A program made the position numbers and the translations under genes. From Owenia fusiformis (lineage: Eukaryota), in contig CAIIXF020000001.1 in assembly GCA_903813345.2 (NCBI GenBank), positions 1,054,001-1,118,000 of the forward strand: 64,000 nt of DNA. Reading direction: 5' to 3'. The notes under the pieces are model-generated. The model did no database searches. It worked only from the letters and a program-made list of their open reading frames with translations, and had not been told where the DNA came from. This document shows, piece by piece, positions 57,701-64,000 of this stretch (its first letter is position 1; every line of letters starts with the position of its first letter).

Positions 57701-60700
57701 ACTTGCACCAAATTAAAAAGACATAAAATCATGAAGGTCGCACACCCTTGCAAATGGTACAGGCAGTGTAGTCCGCCAAAGACATATTCGTAATTTGCTG
57801 AGCTTTGAAACCTGAATGTAAACTAATTCTTAATTTGTTCATTTTATAAGGTGATCTCGGTGATGCTGTGAGAGAGGCTGGATTGAAATATGGTTTGTAT
57901 CATTCTCTTTATGAATGGTTCAACCCGTACTACCTAGATGATAAAGCAAATAACTTTAAAACACAAAGCTATGTTAGGGTGAGTATTATGTAGTTGAACA
58001 GACCCAGTAAACAATATATAAGGGCTAATGTACGGTAATTGATAATTTATTATACTACATGTTTATCAAATGATAGTACCCCATGTTAGCTTAGCATTCT
58101 TCTTTCAACAACTAACAAGAATAATATAATTCATTATTTTGAAATATTAATGAAATATGATATTTTGCATCAATTAAAACGGAACAATTCCTGATTTAAA
58201 AAATACATTTCCAGGAAAAGATGTTACCTGAGATGTACGACCTGGTGCAAAGGTATAAACCTGACATATTCTGGTCTGATGGTCACCACAAGAATAACCA
58301 TTCCTACTTTAATAGTACTCAGTTTGTTGCCTGGCTATATAATGAAAGGTAAGATTCTTCATTGATTTTCATTATTTTTTTATAGAAGGTGATTTTACAG
58401 TTTTACATGTGAAGTACAGTTTTATTTAAGACAAAGGCTGTTCATTGAAACATATACATATTTTACATAATATTCATTTTTTGTTGTGTATTTAAGCAAA
58501 ACTGCTCATTCCTGAATTTGATTTGGATGTAAGTGGCTTTACTTGCACTTGCAATAAATGGAAGTTTTTTTAATTTGGAACTGAGTTTGATGTATAAGCT
58601 AAGTGTGCCTGTTTTGTATGTTTTAATTTCAGTCTGTAAAATGCATTATTTTTGTCATTTATTTGTGTACATTTTCTAGGATAAAGAAAGCAGTTTATAC
58701 GTGTATGATTTATAATGTTGATTTTCCTGTTACAGTCCAGTGAAAGACACCGTTATTGTAAATGATAGGTGGGGCATGGATGTTGAATGCAAACATGGAG
58801 GATATCTCACTTGTTCGGATAAGTTTAATCCAGGTAATCCATGTCTATTTGAATATCCAAAATAATTTCTTACAGGTCAATACATGTAGTTCACTCAAGC
58901 TTCACCGTCCTTCATTTTCTTGCATGGCATTGAACGTTAACTTGATAGTAGATGTGTCGAGCAGCCACAGAACTATGATCAAAACATAGACAGGATAGAA
59001 ACTAACGTTAGTAAAAATCTACCATGTTATGAACTATTAGAATTGCTCTGCAGAACCTGTATCTGTATAACTATAACAACCACTATTTTGCTATTCTTCA
59101 TTATTCCTCAATAGATTCTTCAGGTTAGTTAGAAAAATGTCAAATGCTTCTTCTCAATTCTCAATTTGAATGATGAATGACAAGAAATAAAAGTTTGAGA
59201 GCAAAATTAAATTTACTTACTGAACGCCCTGTAACTGGCTACAACATTCTTTAAATTATCTTTCATTGTATGCATTACAGTACTTCATTTATCTCAGACA
59301 TAGCAGACTTTCACATGAGACCTCGTGATTTGACTTTCTTGGAATACTTCAGAATAATCGTTTGATTCCGTCTATCCCACATCATTTGAGACTGAATGCT
59401 TCTATGAAATCTTTTATGAGTACTAGTATCTACAACTATTTTTGAAGTTAGAGTATTGGCCATCAATTTTTTTCAATTTTCTCTTCAACATGTATTGTAA
59501 TGACTTCAGAATGAATGAAATGTCCCATTGGTGTTCTGGTTCTGTGATATTGGTTCTCGATTGGAGGGGCGAAGGGGGGGGGGGGGTGTTAGACACTATT
59601 TCTTTTCACGTTAGATCATGGTCTTGGAATATATACTAGGGTCTATTTTTCTTATGACAGGTTCACACTCCGAGTTTTGTTTTCTTACTTGTAGGTTTCT
59701 TTACAGTTTGGCATTTACGCTTATATATTCATTAACTAAAAATAATCACTCTATTATTAGGACATGTAATGGAGAGGAAGTGGGAGAATTGCATGACAAT
59801 AGACCAGGAGTCTTACGGTTACAGAAGAAATGCCAAAGTGAACGATTATTTTGACATTAACGGCATTCTAAAAATAGTAGCTGAAACAGTGAGGTAGTAG
59901 CACTTACGTCATTGTCTCTCACAGCAGTATCGTTGGCAGCTAATTGTTTCCTCAGCAATTCACACGCCAACATTGGCATTGCCTCCTCTCTAAAACGTCT
60001 AACATAGCCCTGGTTGCAATGGCCAATTCAATTCTCAGATTGAAATAGCAATATATAATGGTTCATCCTCATGTGGTGTCTAACATTCTACCCACATTGC
60101 AAAGTACATGTTAACAACCATTAAATTGTAATATCCTAAAATGATTAAACTGAGATTCATGTTTTAGCTGTGGGGGCAACGTTCTAATAAATATAGGACC
60201 AACTGCTGATGGTCGGATTCCTCCAGTGTTTGAAGAGCGTCTTTATCAACTTGGCGAATGGATGAATATCAATGGTGAAGGCATCTACGATACTGTGCCT
60301 TGGATACACCAAAATGATCAGTTCAATAAGGATGTTTGGTAAGGAAAAGCGTCTTTAATTGTTCAGTTCAATGAGGATGTTTGGTCGTAAGAAGCGTCCC
60401 TTAAAATTCCCTATTGACTTCGAGACTGGATTTTGACTCTCCCACATCATTATATTTTCTTGAATATTAGTCATTTGCGAATCGGTATATCTTTCTCTAC
60501 AAGTGGGTCAAATTTAACCCCCCCCCCTTCCCCCTCCAATCGAGAGTCAATATCACAATCCAGAACCAGAACATCAAGGGACATTTCATTCATACTGAAG
60601 TCATTACAATACATGTTGAAAGAACATTGAAAATTTATAAAATTGTTTGGCAAAGAAGAGCGAACCTTTTCAATCAATCGATGATTATGTTTTTAATTTA

Positions 60701-60955
60701 TTGACACTGTTTTACAGGTATACATCAAGAGACAAAACAGTCTATGCAATTACCTTAAAATGGCCTAGAAATGACATTCTAGAACTACATTCCATGAATC
60801 CCACCGCTGCCACCAAAGTATCATGGCTTGGGTTTAATGGAACTTTAAAATGGACATCCGATGGTGGGCGAGTTCTCGTCAATATGCCAACCATATCAAT
60901 GAACGATATTCCGTGTCTCTGGGCATGGGTGTTCAAATTTGAAAATACACAATAG
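54709..60955 (+). CDS. FUCA: Alpha-L-fucosidase (GH29), 520 aa, 10 exons
   Basis: Exons 54709-54883, 55524-55694, 55809-56016, 57550-57656, 57851-57978, 58215-58348, 58736-58833, 59761-59893, 60168-60338, 60718-60955 (1563 nt, phase-consistent). Motifs: [68 protein letters not shown] (nucleophile Asp), VNDRWG, KWE (acid/base candidate), [10 protein letters not shown]. The N-terminus is hydrophobic. FUCA1 versus FUCA2 orthology is not assignable. Confidence 0.95.
56291..57380. mobile_element. Tc1/mariner-type MITE
   Basis: TA TSD; TIRs CAGGGTGGTCCAAAAAAAATTGGAACATTTG extending ~180 bp imperfectly; no coding remnant. Confidence 0.88.
59482..60623. repeat. Pair of ~105-bp inverted repeats in fucosidase introns 7 and 9
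   Basis: 59482-59586 is the reverse complement of 60518-60623, with a few substitutions and indels. Confidence 0.85.
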
Positions 60956-62857
60956 TACACATCGAGAAAAACCAGTAGATAAAATAGTGTCCACTTTCAA
61001 GAAGTGCCATGATCTGTTTTTACTAAAACATTCTCCAAATTTAAACAGCCAATCGCAATCTCCTTCGGGACTTATAAAATTTAAGGAGACAATATAAAGA
61101 AAGATCTGAACATCTGATCTGTTTCAACCATAAACAACCTATACAAGCCTGCTCTTGGGTCAGAAAGACGTTTCATTAAAGACGAGTTGATAGCTATTTA
61201 TTTATTTATTTATTATCTGGCAATAATTCTGGACATGTTTCTGCAGAAATTAAAAGGGAAACATTGACATGCTTTTTAAAAAAGTAAAATACTACAGGGA
61301 ACATGAAGGTATTAAATCAAATATCTAGATTTTTCAGAAAATAAAATTGGGATGACAGGGGAATGATATTGCTTCAAGCATCTTACATTTTATTTGAACT
61401 GCTTCGATTTTAAATCAAATTATCTTACATTATTATCTTGAGCAATGCATATTTATTTAAAAACGGAGAGTTTTGGGAACCCTTCTCTATTATGCAGCTA
61501 ATGGGTCCATAGTGAAACAGCATGGACAAAATGTGGATAAGTGCAAGATGACTTTCTCCTTATATTTACATTAAATCTACTGATATATTCCTAACATAAT
61601 AAGTCTTATTTAATATGCAAATATTTATATAGTTCGACACATTCATATAATATGATAAAGCTGGGTTTTATAGAATATATATTCATCCCTAGTGTTACAA
61701 GATCGACGTTAGACCTAAATAAATTGGTTCCTGCAACAACACAGACCTTTTTATCTGCACAATGATTGAATACATTATTAAAACAGGACATTAAATTGAG
61801 CCAATTCCGTGCTAAGAGCTCTAATAAGTCAATTTTTCCTTCAAAACACAACAGAACAAAGACGAGAAAGAAATTCATTATTACTCTTATCAGTTGTTAT
61901 AGAATATTAATGGTTAAACAATATTCATTTCCTTGACAAAATCAGCAAATCTCAGAAATCTAATATACATGTATCGAAGAAACATTCAAATTTGCCAAAA
62001 AGGCAAAATTGGGTTGGTCCATATTGTTATGCGAGGTGGGTTCTTGATACATGAAACCACCCATATATCTCGTTAACTTTTTATAGTTTAGCTTTCAATG
62101 TCTTGTATACATAAAGATATAATTTCATCAATCCAATCAGTTGAAACGGATCAGGGCTTTGTGCAAACAGAAACTTCTAAAGATATATGATTATTTTGAG
62201 TACTATCAAGAATAGTATCGACTTATCTAATTAATTACTGAGGCTTGTATTAAATGAGCTCTAGATCTCTCAACATTATGTAAATATCTTCATACATTCC
62301 CTTTAATTTACTTTTTTATATTTTAGGTTTATGGATAAAGTTTATAATAAACTATATGTGTGATAATCAGAATTGGTGAAAGTATGTTTATGTGTGATAA
62401 CTTGGTATACAAGTTAAAATAAATATACGAAATTTTGAAATGTGCTTAAACTCCTACTCAATCATAACAGATGATAGAATACAGTAAACATTTGTGATAG
62501 GTATCGTTGGTGGTTTTTTCTATTGACGAGTGAGGGGATAATATTAAAAGAATCTGCTGACATGATAAATTATCTAATGATTGGTAGAGACAGGATTCTT
62601 ATATCAAAGTATATGTAACATTGTATATGTCATTTGAAAAATGTAATCCTATTTTCTTTACTTTATTGCTATATTTACTGTTATTGAAAATTGTATATCG
62701 GATGTACGTTTGGCCCTAAAAGGGCATCAGTACTAATAAAATCATATCACTATATTTGAAAAACCTTGATGTCAATAAAAGCTAAACTGATTTTCAGCAA
62801 AAATATATATCATTCGTTCGATAGAATTATAAGTCGATATTGATGTGAAGTGAGGTA

Positions 62858-63767
62858 CAGGGTGACCCAAAAAAATGCAACCCTCCATTTCTTCAATATT
62901 TTTCTTGAATGGAGGTTAATTGCTCTGAAATTTGGCACACAAGGACTTCATTCAATGTGGGATCCTCTGGCAAAGTTTCAATAATCATAGCCTTATATTG
63001 ATAGAGTTATGGTCGTTCCAAAATATGCTCCAAATGTCGTCCATTTCCAATGTTAGGTTTTCGGATGAATCACATTCCCTTCTTTCTGAACATGTAAACT
63101 CAAGAAATAATGTGTTCTGGGATCACAAATTCCAGATGAAGTGCTTCAAAGTCCCCTTCATTCTGTTAAATGCACAGCTTGGGCTGCCAATTTCCAAACA
63201 TGAAATCATCAGCCCCTTTTGGTTTGAGGTTGATAATGGCAACACTGTTACTGTTAACACACTGCGCAATATTGGCGTTCCCAGGAAGTTCTAGGCATTT
63301 CTAGAATGACATACAGTGGTTCTAGAAGTATGGAACCACTCCTCACACTTCTTATGATAGCATAGCCTGGCTCACTAGTCATTTCTATGAGAAGATTATC
63401 TCTCCTAGGATGGAGAACCCATGGTCATCTCAACGTCTTGATCTCAATGCCCCTGACTTCTATATATGGGGTTATTTAAAGGATAATGTGTATGGAAATA
63501 ACCCTACCGCAATTGCAGAGCTCCAACAAGCAATGCCTGCAAAAAGTTGAGCCATACCCATGGGGAAAAATGCATCCGTGTTATGAACAGTTTTCCTTGC
63601 ACATTGCAAGTTTGTTTTCAGCGAAATTGACGATTGGCGATTATTCAAACTTTGCCAGAGGATCCCACATTGAATGAAGTCCTTGTGTGCCAAATCTCGG
63701 AGCAATTTACTTCCATTTAAGAAAAATATTGAAGAAATGGAGGGTTGCATTTTTTTGGGTCACCCTG
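62858..63767 (+). mobile_element. Internally deleted Tc1/mariner-superfamily transposon (rosa/DD41D- or maT-like motifs)
   Basis: TA TSD and ~130-bp TIRs CAGGGTGACCCAAAAAAATGCAACCCTCC. Transposase remnants FSDESH...VNSRNNVFW, PFWFE..NGNTVTVN and DLNAPDFYIWGYLKDNVY..NP. Confidence 0.88.
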
Positions 63768-64000
63768 TATTTATCTTTTATTAACCAATAGAGTCTACAT
63801 GTAGTGTCAAATCAGCACAAAATCAAATGTCCTAATTTAAATCAACGGCAATGGTTTTCAAACAACTAATGTTAATTGACATTCCTAAGGTACTTCGAAT
63901 TTTAGAATATACCCTCCTAAAGTTATTTAGAGAAAGGATGTTGTATACTAAAACCATTTCCCCGAGCAGGCTGGAGTTAAGCGAGGACTTTGTCCAGTGT

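Noticed and set aside
1-64000. tRNA, rRNA or snRNA genes
   Set aside because: None recognised by eye; only an isolated B-box-like motif near 12343. A tRNAscan-SE or Infernal run would be needed to exclude intronic snoRNAs.

Overview
AT-rich, intron-rich eukaryotic DNA from an invertebrate animal; the TE repertoire and proteins suggest a marine lophotrochozoan, but the species cannot be determined from sequence alone. Three host genes were reconstructed exon by exon with consistent splice phases. (1) The 5' half of TOR/mTOR on the minus strand: 22 coding exons, 1195 codons of HEAT-repeat region, continuing past the left edge. (2) A nearly complete ABCG half-transporter on the minus strand, with one GC-AG intron and an uncertain 5' end. 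(3) A complete GH29 alpha-L-fucosidase on the plus strand, head-to-head with the ABCG gene. Introns are packed with nested mobile DNA: one intact CR1/L2-group LINE ORF2, three RTE-X-like LINEs, Academ-like, Harbinger, Crypton-like, Kolobok-like, hAT and Tc1/mariner derivatives, and Helentron-type (HINE) satellite carriers. The most unusual signal is that all three genes contain tandem duplications whose unit includes a functional splice site. A ~3.4-kb minisatellite multiplies a TOR 5' splice donor roughly 45-50 times; its first three decoys are in-frame and one is a better consensus than the real donor. A ~53-bp repeat multiplies an ABCG 3' splice acceptor, and a 45-bp duplication copies a fucosidase donor. 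All coordinates were read by eye, and TE clade names come from motif recognition, not database searches.
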